Origin: Promethearchaeum syntrophicum | GTDB lineage: Archaea; Asgardarchaeota; Lokiarchaeia; Sigyniarchaeales; Promethearchaeaceae | Length of the DNA: 32,000 nucleotides | Assembly: GCF_008000775.2 (NCBI RefSeq) | Contig: NZ_CP042905.2 | Location: 3,150,001 to 3,182,000 of the forward strand | Reading direction: 5' to 3' | Notes under the pieces: model-generated | Database searches by the model: none | What the model saw: only the letters and a program-made list of their open reading frames with translations | What the model was told of the DNA's origin: nothing | Position numbers and translations under genes: made by a program | Shown: positions 19,465-27,539 of the stretch, piece by piece | Layout: the number at the start of each line of letters is the position of its first letter | How positions within the stretch are numbered: the first letter of the stretch is position 1

Positions 19465-19725
19465 TCATCCACCACTTAACGCTTGGATAATAAATAATTC
19501 ATCTTGATCCTTGACTGTAATAGAAATTTCTTCCACTTGCGTATTGTTTAGAAAGATATTCATATGTTTTCGAATATGATCTTGTTCATCGATAAAACGA
19601 AATTTAATTCCTGGAAATTGTATATCTAAATTTTTTAAAACTTCTTCGATTGTTTTTCCAACTATATTAATTTCGTTCATTCCATTTGTATAGGAGTTTA
19701 AAAGACCCGGGAGTCTCACCTTCAT
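19465..19725 (-). CDS. MoaD/ThiS-like beta-grasp protein ending in Gly-Gly
   Basis: 86 aa; TIEEVLKNLDIQFPGIKFRFIDEQDHIRKHMNIFLNN...VKDQDELFIIQALSGG*. Confidence 0.82.
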   Translation of the reverse strand: MKVRLPGLLNSYTNGMNEINIVGKTIEEVLKNLDIQFPGIKFRFIDEQDHIRKHMNIFLNNTQVEEISITVKDQDELFIIQALSGG

Positions 19726-20852
19726 GATTTTACTAACACCTCTAAAGAATAAATTTCAGGTAAATGTCGAATGATATTCTGCCAGTTATCTCCTTCATCA
19801 AAACTAGCCCAAATTTCACCATGTTTGGTTCCAATATATATACCTAAAGGATCTTGGGAATCTTGAGCCATACCCTGTCTTAGGACTGTCATCCATGCAT
19901 TTTCAGTTGGAAAACCTTTGTCTTGACGCTCCCAATTTTTTCCACCATTTGTAGACTTATAAAGAGCAGGTTTACCACCAACACAAGTACGGGGCCATAC
20001 CTCACTTCCATCCATAGGAAAAACCCAAAGAATATTTGGATCTCTTGGATGTAGTAAAAGGGGGAAACCCATATCACCAATATCTTTCGGAATATTCTCA
20101 CCAATGCGCACCCAAAAACCCTCTCTTCGATCCATCCTATACACGCCACAATGGCCTTGCTGATAGATTATATCTGGATCAACTGGACTCATTTGCAAGT
20201 TGTGTACACATTGTCCGTACTCAGGATATGGATCTGGTAAGAAATCAGCTAACACTCCTTTATTTAGTGGGAACCATGTTTCTCCTCCATCTTGTGTTTC
20301 AATATAACCCCCAAGTGACAATGCCAAACAGATATGGTTTTTATCTCTTGGATCAACATTAATTGAATGGAGTATTGGTCCCGCTGGAGTTCCTTCATTA
20401 TCCATCCATTTTTGAGCCTCTGGATAACTATTGAATTTTTCAAAACTTTCCCAATTATCTCCTCCATCCTTAGTGATAAACAATCCTTGCGGTACTGTCC
20501 CTGCATACCACAGGTTCGGCTCAGATGCGTGGCCTGGAGTTAGCCAAAAAATTGATTTCACAACTTTTCCTTTTTTTGAAACCTTATCATTATTTACTTT
20601 TGGAAAAGCGGGAGGATGGGATGATTCTTTCCAAGTTTCACCCCCATCTATAGATCGATATATTGTCGGACCAAGATGTCCAGTTGAAGTAGCCATAAGG
20701 ATCAGAGAACTATTGCGAGGGTCTGGCATAACATGATTTATGATATGTCCAAGTAAAATTGGTTCATGAACCTTCCAGGATTCGCGAAAATCTTCCGAAG
20801 ATACAATAAACGCCCCTCTTTTAGTTCCAACAAGCAAGGAAATTTTTTTCAT
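19722..20852 (-). CDS. BNR/Asp-box repeat beta-propeller protein (sialidase-like or VPS10-like fold)
   Basis: 376 aa; repeated YRSIDGGETW, FITKDGGDNW, ETQDGGETW, YKSTNGGKNW and WASFDEGDNW; ATGA overlap with the MoaD-like gene. Confidence 0.85.
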   Translation of the reverse strand: MKKISLLVGTKRGAFIVSSEDFRESWKVHEPILLGHIINHVMPDPRNSSLILMATSTGHLGPTIYRSIDGGETWKESSHPPAFPKVNNDKVSKKGKVVKSIFWLTPGHASEPNLWYAGTVPQGLFITKDGGDNWESFEKFNSYPEAQKWMDNEGTPAGPILHSINVDPRDKNHICLALSLGGYIETQDGGETWFPLNKGVLADFLPDPYPEYGQCVHNLQMSPVDPDIIYQQGHCGVYRMDRREGFWVRIGENIPKDIGDMGFPLLLHPRDPNILWVFPMDGSEVWPRTCVGGKPALYKSTNGGKNWERQDKGFPTENAWMTVLRQGMAQDSQDPLGIYIGTKHGEIWASFDEGDNWQNIIRHLPEIYSLEVLVKS

Positions 20853-20958
20853 ATAAATATTCCGTAAATGGAATTAATATATCTAATGGTTTAGATTGAA
20901 AATATGGTTTCTATATTGAATTTGAATTTCTTTCCAAATATATCGTTTAGATTTAACA

Positions 20959-20966
20959 TTTATATA
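20959..20966 (+). promoter_or_regulatory. Candidate TATA box for the CrtI-like gene
   Basis: TTTATATA about 38 nt upstream of ATG 21001 in the divergent intergenic region 20853-21000. Confidence 0.35.
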
Positions 20967-21000
20967 TTGGTTCTGAGAACTATAATTGGAAGTATTTTTT

Positions 21001-22446
21001 ATGGAAATGAAATCAAAATATGATATTGTGATAATTGGGTCCGGACTAGGGGGATTAGGTGCCGGATTGATTCTAACCAAGCAAAATCCAAATCTTCGTG
21101 TTTTAATTGTTGAACAACATACGATTCCAGGAGGCTATGTTACAGGATTCTACCGAAAAGGATATTATTTTGATCCGGGAGCTGAGGGTATTTCCAGTAT
21201 GTATGAAGGTTCCACATTAAGGAAAACTCTTAATGAAATTGGATTTCAGCAGGAATATATAAAGATAGATCCATTAGAAACCTATTATTTTGATGATGGA
21301 AAAAAAATTGCACTGTATTATGATATTGAGAAGTTCTTGATTGAAGTGGAAGCTGCATATCCTGAAGAAAAAAAAGGAACTGAAGATTTTCTAAATGAAT
21401 GCAATAGGATTTTGGGAAAAAAAATGAAAGGTGAAGATATCGAGGAATATAAAGATTGGAGCTTCTATGATCTCCTAAAGAAATATGTAAAAAATGATAA
21501 TATTCTTGATATTTTTAATCTCTTTTGCTTGTGGTTCAGTGAACCAATTAGAAAAATGAAAGCGAAGACTGGAGCAACTTTAGTATCCAATGTAATGAAA
21601 ACTGGAGTAGTTTACCCAAAAGGAGGGATGGCAAATTTTTCAAAAAAACTGGCAGATTTATTCGTATCTAATGGTGGAACAATAATTTATGGAAAGAAAG
21701 CAACGAATATCCTTATCGAAGATCATATCGTAACTGGAATTCTCCTCAATGATGGTAAAGAAGTAAAATGTGATTATGTAATATCAAATGCAGATGTAAA
21801 AAAAACAATGCTCGAATATATTGAGGAAAAATATTTAGATAACGATTATTTGAAATTTATTCGAGATTTAAAACAATCTCATACAGGTGTAATGTTATTT
21901 CTAGGAGTTGATATGGATCTTTCAATGTATCCATCTCATTTCCAAATTAGCGAAGATATTGATGGAATCGATCGAATTAAAAAAAATATTCTGGAAATTA
22001 AAAAACTCGCGGTTAGAATTCCCGCAATTAAAGATCCTAGTTTGTTAAATGATGGAAAATATTCAATAGTAGCATTTTTCTTTTCTCCCTACGATTGGAA
22101 CAATATGTGGAACTCCGGACCAGGTGGAAAACGAACTCCAGAGTACCGAAAATTGAAAGATGACCTTATGAACCAGATGATTACCAAAATTGAAACTATA
22201 ATCCCTAAATTAAAAGAAAATATTGATATTAGAATTTTAGCCACACCGCTCACATTCGATAGATATGTTATGGTCTCAGAAGGTGCATGGTTTGGACCCA
22301 ACAGTTTTTCAAAATTACCAGGAATTAAAACTCCCATTAAGAATCTATTCTTGGTAGGGGCAAGTGTTGAAGGAAGCGGAGTACCTTCTGCGTTATCCTC
22401 CGGTTTTAAGGTAGGAAAAATCCTTTCAGCTATATTTTACAAATAG
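21001..22446 (+). CDS. NAD(P)/FAD-dependent oxidoreductase of the phytoene desaturase/carotene isomerase-like superfamily
   Basis: YDIVIIGSGLGGLGAGLILTKQ dinucleotide-binding motif, GGYVTGFYRKGYYFDPG, C-terminal LFLVGASVEGSGVPSALSSGFKVG. The tracked start at 20986 is TTG; ATG at 21001 preferred. Confidence 0.85.
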   Translation: MEMKSKYDIVIIGSGLGGLGAGLILTKQNPNLRVLIVEQHTIPGGYVTGFYRKGYYFDPGAEGISSMYEGSTLRKTLNEIGFQQEYIKIDPLETYYFDDGKKIALYYDIEKFLIEVEAAYPEEKKGTEDFLNECNRILGKKMKGEDIEEYKDWSFYDLLKKYVKNDNILDIFNLFCLWFSEPIRKMKAKTGATLVSNVMKTGVVYPKGGMANFSKKLADLFVSNGGTIIYGKKATNILIEDHIVTGILLNDGKEVKCDYVISNADVKKTMLEYIEEKYLDNDYLKFIRDLKQSHTGVMLFLGVDMDLSMYPSHFQISEDIDGIDRIKKNILEIKKLAVRIPAIKDPSLLNDGKYSIVAFFFSPYDWNNMWNSGPGGKRTPEYRKLKDDLMNQMITKIETIIPKLKENIDIRILATPLTFDRYVMVSEGAWFGPNSFSKLPGIKTPIKNLFLVGASVEGSGVPSALSSGFKVGKILSAIFYK

Positions 22447-22475
22447 AAATTCTTTATTTTTAAAAAAGAAAAAAA

Positions 22476-23066
22476 TCATAATATGATATCAAAAACAGAA
22501 ATAACAATATAAGCCCAAACAATTAATTTTATGTTAGGGGTTAAAAATCTTATAGTAACTTGTTTCTGATAAGTAAGGTATTCTTCACTGAATAACGGAA
22601 TTAAAATTCTTTTTTCTTCCCGAATTCCATTTAAAACTTGGAAAGTGACGAAAATAAGTGCAAGAAGAAAGCCAAAGACACTTCCCATCATTAAAAATAT
22701 AGCGATAATATTAACAATGAACATTCCATACATCGGATGACGAGTTTTTCCATAATACTTTTCAGTAAGTAATTGCGTAGGTTCTCGATTTTCCCGATTT
22801 TGAACAGCATGATTTACTTTTGATATGAGCCCAATTTGGATAGATGCATACACTATGAGGATACAACCAAATAGTAGATGAACAATGTCCATAATTTTTA
22901 TCTCTAGATCAAGAAAAAATGGAGAAATTGGAAGGGTAAAGAAATAAAGAATATTGTTGAAAATCGGAATGAAATACTCCACACAATAAAAAAAAATGAT
23001 AAGTAGAGTAATTAATACGAATCTACTTGATAATTCTTTTTTTGCATTCAAAATAAGCATATCCAA
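22476..23066 (-). CDS. ICMT/PEMT-like membrane methyltransferase family protein
   Basis: 196 aa; TRHPMYGMFI ... REEKRILIPLFSEEYLTYQKQV C-terminal signature. Confidence 0.65.
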   Translation of the reverse strand: MDMLILNAKKELSSRFVLITLLIIFFYCVEYFIPIFNNILYFFTLPISPFFLDLEIKIMDIVHLLFGCILIVYASIQIGLISKVNHAVQNRENREPTQLLTEKYYGKTRHPMYGMFIVNIIAIFLMMGSVFGFLLALIFVTFQVLNGIREEKRILIPLFSEEYLTYQKQVTIRFLTPNIKLIVWAYIVISVFDIIL

Positions 23067-23067
23067 T

Positions 23068-24012
23068 TCACTTCCCCGTATTTCTAATAAACCTTTTTGA
23101 TCGTAAACGAACTTTATCTTTAATCAGATAATAAAACCCACCATACGAAAGAAGGAACAAGACACTAAATATTGCTAAAGTTTCTATCTGTAGTTCTGGA
23201 TCATGATTGAAAAACATAATCCAACCCATCATATTCACCGCAAAAATCATTGTAGTGAAAAACCCGAAAAAGAGCAACATGATAGAATATGCTTTTTGAG
23301 GGCGTGTAATGAAAATATACATTCCAATGATCCCTAAGGGAATAGTAAAGCCTAAATCTAAATACCGGATGACCCAAAAAACGACTGGAGTAGCAGAATA
23401 AGAACCGCTGACAGTATCACCGAATTGCACCACTTCAAACACTTCTTTCAGCCACATCATTGCAAATAGCACTAAGAAAACTATCACAGATAGGGCATAA
23501 ATTTTAATTGTCTTTGGATTAAACTTAGGAACATCCGATTGATTAAAGAGCGGAAGACTAAAAATAATCATAATTAAACCTCCAATGATTAAGATGAGAT
23601 ATATCCAGAAGAATTTTTCAACATTGTAATTTCCTAAAAGTTCGGGGTGATTCCATTCTTGACCAATTCCATAAGATAATCCCGTATAGATTAAAGTTAT
23701 CGCAGGTAAAATTAGGAAATATTTTGCGGCTTCCCGTTTTTTTAGGTGCAAAATTCCACCAACAATACATATTGGGGCTAGTAAAATCAAATTTGCTAAA
23801 TCTTGTCCTAAAACCTGCCAAATCCCGGATTGGGATGTTTTATAATTAATTATATTCAAAAATAGCGGTCCTAAAATTGCGAGTACTACTATTATAATTC
23901 CACAAATAATGCTAGTAATTCCCAATAAAGATCTGTCATATGTTTGAAATTTCTCTTCTTTTTCATCTTTAAAGGCTTTACTAAGGGCTATATTTTTCTT
24001 TTCACTAGTCAT
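23068..24012 (-). CDS. Hypothetical multi-TM protein
   Basis: 314 aa, about 8 hydrophobic segments; near-contiguous with both neighbours, likely one operon. Confidence 0.65.
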   Translation of the reverse strand: MTSEKKNIALSKAFKDEKEEKFQTYDRSLLGITSIICGIIIVVLAILGPLFLNIINYKTSQSGIWQVLGQDLANLILLAPICIVGGILHLKKREAAKYFLILPAITLIYTGLSYGIGQEWNHPELLGNYNVEKFFWIYLILIIGGLIMIIFSLPLFNQSDVPKFNPKTIKIYALSVIVFLVLFAMMWLKEVFEVVQFGDTVSGSYSATPVVFWVIRYLDLGFTIPLGIIGMYIFITRPQKAYSIMLLFFGFFTTMIFAVNMMGWIMFFNHDPELQIETLAIFSVLFLLSYGGFYYLIKDKVRLRSKRFIRNTGK

Positions 24013-24014
24013 TT

Positions 24015-24248
24015 TTATTCATCTTCAGTAAATATTTGAAATTTTTCATGATTAACATCAAGAAGTAGAGAACCATTATCGAAAATGATTTCCATGATTC
24101 CTTCCGAATGAATTTTTATCTTGGATACTATTCCGATTGAGACATGGAGAACGAATTCATTTTTGATGTTTTGATTCCAATCAATTCCATTAATTTTTGA
24201 TATATCATTTAAATTTAAGATTAAATTATGTTGCTTCATGATGTTCAA
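24015..24248 (-). CDS. Hypothetical small protein
   Basis: 77 aa; 2 nt spacing to the downstream membrane gene. Confidence 0.5.
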   Translation of the reverse strand: MNIMKQHNLILNLNDISKINGIDWNQNIKNEFVLHVSIGIVSKIKIHSEGIMEIIFDNGSLLLDVNHEKFQIFTEDE

Positions 24249-24384
24249 AAGGAATAATCAGGAAAATATATATAAAGAAATTCTGGAAATTTTCATACAA
24301 ATTTTGATTTCGCGTAGTTACTTCGAAAAAAAAAACTAAAGAGTTAAAAAAAAAAAAAATTCAACAATGATCGAGATTTGTAAT

Positions 24385-25131
24385 CTAATCCTTTGGAGAT
24401 ACCCCTAGCTCCCAAAAATAGCCCCATAAATCATGAAGAAATTGAAATGCGGTTTGATTTTGAGGAGAAATATAAAATCCCTCATTAAAATCGGGAACAC
24501 CATCTAAATTTGGAAAAAATAGAAACCCTCCAGGAATATCAGATAATAATATACAAAACGATAGATCGGATATAATTCGGATTTTTGTTTCCAAATTAAC
24601 TTTGATAGCATCTTGATATTCATCTTTAAATTTAAGGAATGATTCAGGAACAAGATATGACACATTTAAACCTGGTTTTCCCCATGGAAAAGGTTGATTC
24701 GTCATCACTTTGATTTCTTTCTGAACTAATTCAAAATAATCCGAAACTCGCATCATTACTGAACCCGTTCCTGAAATAAGTTCGCTACCGTCCAATGCAT
24801 GTAAGTTTGATAACAAATGAGGTGGTAAACCGTGGAACCCATGGTTTTGAAAAAAGTTATGATTGATGAAAATGAAACGAATCGGTTGCAGAAGCGAAAT
24901 AATTGCAGATCCTAATGATGATAGATTATATTTCTTTGATTTTGGGGATTTTTCCACTAGTTTCTTTTCTGTTAATGAGTTTAAATGGCGAGACATTTCT
25001 GAACTCGAAATTTTCAAAGATTTGGATAATTCTGAAAAGGATTCATCTTGTTCTGAGAGCTTTTGCAATAATTCAATTCGCTTCGGATGCAAAATGTCAT
25101 TAATTAAATCAAGCGGAAATTTTTCACTCAT
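24385..25131 (-). CDS. Winged-helix (ArsR-like) transcriptional regulator with FilR1-type C-terminal domain
   Basis: 248 aa; LLQKLSEQDESFSELSKSLKISSSEMSRHLNSLTEKKLVEK HTH, DUF1724/FilR1-like middle region. Confidence 0.75.
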   Translation of the reverse strand: MSEKFPLDLINDILHPKRIELLQKLSEQDESFSELSKSLKISSSEMSRHLNSLTEKKLVEKSPKSKKYNLSSLGSAIISLLQPIRFIFINHNFFQNHGFHGLPPHLLSNLHALDGSELISGTGSVMMRVSDYFELVQKEIKVMTNQPFPWGKPGLNVSYLVPESFLKFKDEYQDAIKVNLETKIRIISDLSFCILLSDIPGGFLFFPNLDGVPDFNEGFYISPQNQTAFQFLHDLWGYFWELGVSPKD

Positions 25132-25210
25132 TATTTTATTTCTAATTAGAATAATATTAAATGTTTGTTAACTGAAGCGAATTTCTATCGAAAAAGGATT
25201 GATAATTACT

Positions 25211-25270
25211 ATAGAAACTAAAAGAGCAAAGATTTCCATTTTCAATCCAATGCTAAGCACAATCATAGAG
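25211..25270 (-). pseudogene. Short mntP-like 5' remnant
   Basis: Minus strand reads SMIVLSIGLKMEIFALLVS versus SMIMLSIGLSMDSLALSVS of the intact mntP; 25235-25270 is 30/36 nt identical to 26005-26040. Confidence 0.6.
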
Positions 25271-25484
25271 TAAGGATCCTACCTATTGTCTTCATTATCA
25301 TTTTCTTCTTTCAAAATTTCTCTCCTATTACTATTATACCTTTAGTTGCATTTATAGGTGTGTTGGCAGGAAATTTGTTATATATGGTGAGAGTTAAATG
25401 TCCAAACTGCCCTATCCGAGAGCAATGCCAATCTTTTTTTTAAATCTAAAAACGAGAAAGAATACCTCTTAAAACTGCTGTGAC

Positions 25485-26063
25485 TTACTGGAAAAAAAGG
25501 TGTTCTATTAAAATTTTAATTCCTAAAGAAATAAGAACTATCCCACCAAAAATCTCTGCTTTAGCTTGAAACAAAGAACCAAGTTTGTTTCCGAAAGAAA
25601 ATCCTCCTAAGGAAAATAAGAAGGTTCCAAGAAATATGATAAAGATTGTAAGTGGGATATTTAAATCTGTCGCAATTAAGCTGATTCCAGCAGCAAGTGC
25701 ATCAATACTCGTTGCGATTCCCATCGTAATAAGAACCCAGATTGTTAATTTCCTATCCTCACATTCTACTTTATTATTATGTTTAATTCCTTCTGTTATC
25801 ATTTTACTCCCAATAAACGCCAATAATCCAAAAGCGATCCAATGATCGATAAACGCTATTTGTTCAGCAAACAATGTTCCTGTAAAATAACCAATAATTG
25901 GGGTTGTAGCTTGGATAATTGCAAAAATAAATGCCACCTTCAAAGCCATTGATAATTTGTTTTCTACTTTTTGAAGGCCACACGAAACTGAAAGTGCCAG
26001 ACTATCCATACTTAATCCAATGCTAAGCATGATCATAGAAAAAAGAGCAGAAAGAGTTACCAT
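25485..26063 (-). CDS. mntP: Manganese efflux pump MntP
   Basis: 192 aa; LSIGLSMDSLALSVSCGL and MGIATSIDALAAGISL repeated motifs. Confidence 0.88.
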   Translation of the reverse strand: MVTLSALFSMIMLSIGLSMDSLALSVSCGLQKVENKLSMALKVAFIFAIIQATTPIIGYFTGTLFAEQIAFIDHWIAFGLLAFIGSKMITEGIKHNNKVECEDRKLTIWVLITMGIATSIDALAAGISLIATDLNIPLTIFIIFLGTFLFSLGGFSFGNKLGSLFQAKAEIFGGIVLISLGIKILIEHLFFQ

Positions 26064-26264
26064 ATTTTATTTCTCACAATAAGACAATGTATTTTAAATG
26101 AAAAAGTTAATTATTATTTAAAGAACTTTCTTAAATATGCCCAAACCTTATAATCGTGGGATATTGAATAAAATTGGGAGAAATAGTGGGGCCGGATAAA
26201 GAATATATTGCTATAGAGACGCAATAATAATTATTTTCAGGATTCCTTGAAGAGTTATCAACGG

Positions 26265-26282
26265 AGTGATTTTTAAATCACT
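26265..26282 (-). terminator. Hairpin just downstream of the Shedu-like gene
   Basis: AGTGATTT-TT-AAATCACT, perfect 8-bp arms, 5 nt past the stop at 26288. Could be a terminator or a protein-binding palindrome. Confidence 0.35.
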
Positions 26283-26287
26283 TTATT

Positions 26288-27535
26288 TTATTGATATCTT
26301 GAAAAAATTTGGTCAAAAGTCCATAGATTAATAAAAGGATCCATTAGTTTTCTATATATTTCAAATGTAGAAACCTTATTAGTTGAAGCGGCTTCTAAAT
26401 TCCCGATTATTAAATATGGTTTTTTAGGTTCCTCTAGTTTTTTTTTCAATGTTGCATTTAGTACAATCCTATAATAGCAATATTTATTATGATAATTCTT
26501 CAGCTGAACACAAGAAGATGCTAAATCAGGAGATATTGTGCAAATATTTGTTCTATATTCATCATCATCTATAAATTCTTTAAATGGTGTTTTAATTTCT
26601 ATTAACACACCATAAAAATCATCAATAAAGAATAAATCAACAAATTTCCCTCCTTTACTAAGAGAATTTACAACAGCAACTGGTGCTTCTGCTTTTAAGA
26701 GAAGATCAATTTGAAAAACACTTGAAAGTATATCTGGATGACATTTGAAGAAATACTGAAAATAACCTTCCCATTTTCTTGTGTGTTGTAATTCTTTAAA
26801 TTTTACATCATCATTTTCTTTAAAAAAATTCCAATAATTCAGAAAATCAATTTTCTTCAAATTTTGTGTTCTAGTCAATAAAATTCTATCATTTAGAATA
26901 TTCTCTAAATGAATTATGTAATTTGGATTATTAATATTAATTTGAGTGTAATTATTCCACTCAACCTCATTTTCAGTTTCTGATATGATAACACAATTTT
27001 TTTCTGATATTTTTGTAAAAGTCCCATTTTCGATAAAATTTTTGAAGGCTGAATCTATTAAGAAAAATTGATATTTGTTATATTCTTCGGAATTAGCTTT
27101 GGATGTTGTAATTCGTTCAATTTCATATATTCCTGATTTTGTATCTAAAATTTTTTCCAATTTGATGATTGGAGTTTTTAAATCAGAAATTACATTAATC
27201 CTAAAGGGAATTTCTTCAAGTTCAATTGATTCATCATATAAAATCTTATTTTTATTTTTCTGAGTGTTATTTTGAAATTTTATTCTAATTTTTTTTTTTC
27301 TAAATTCTTGGGAATTTTGAATAATTCTCAAGCATGAGCAATATGTTTTGTCCTTTTTAGTTGAAAATAGAGTTTGATCTGAATAAATAATTAACAATTC
27401 TTCTCCTAAATTTTTTTTTATCATACTTTTATGATTGGTTTGAAAACCAAATAATTCTGGAACATATATCCAATTTTTATCAATTTCAAATGAAATGTTT
27501 GGGAATCTCGGATTTAAATCTTTGATTTTAACCAT
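26288..27535 (-). CDS. Shedu/DUF4263-like PD-(D/E)xK nuclease (SduA-like)
   Basis: 415 aa; C-terminal GGKFVDLFFIDDFYGVLIEIKTPFKEFIDDDEYRTNICTISPDLASSCVQLKNYHNKY matches the D...ExK core plus conserved Q..Y helix of DUF4263. Confidence 0.68.
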   Translation of the reverse strand: MVKIKDLNPRFPNISFEIDKNWIYVPELFGFQTNHKSMIKKNLGEELLIIYSDQTLFSTKKDKTYCSCLRIIQNSQEFRKKKIRIKFQNNTQKNKNKILYDESIELEEIPFRINVISDLKTPIIKLEKILDTKSGIYEIERITTSKANSEEYNKYQFFLIDSAFKNFIENGTFTKISEKNCVIISETENEVEWNNYTQININNPNYIIHLENILNDRILLTRTQNLKKIDFLNYWNFFKENDDVKFKELQHTRKWEGYFQYFFKCHPDILSSVFQIDLLLKAEAPVAVVNSLSKGGKFVDLFFIDDFYGVLIEIKTPFKEFIDDDEYRTNICTISPDLASSCVQLKNYHNKYCYYRIVLNATLKKKLEEPKKPYLIIGNLEAASTNKVSTFEIYRKLMDPFINLWTFDQIFSRYQ

Positions 27536-27539
27536 TTAA

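Noticed and set aside
19889-20736. ORFs on both strands overlapping the BNR protein (86, 108, 80 and 101 aa)
   Set aside because: Alternative frames of the BNR-repeat CDS, which has repeated Asp-box motifs.
20986-21000. Tracked TTG start of the CrtI-like protein
   Set aside because: ATG at 21001 (or 21007) lies just before the dinucleotide-binding motif and is more likely.
24327-24362. A-rich tract (runs of 10 and 14 A) between genes
   Set aside because: Simple homopolymer in an AT-rich intergenic region; no evidence for a specific element, could reflect terminator-like T-runs on the other strand.
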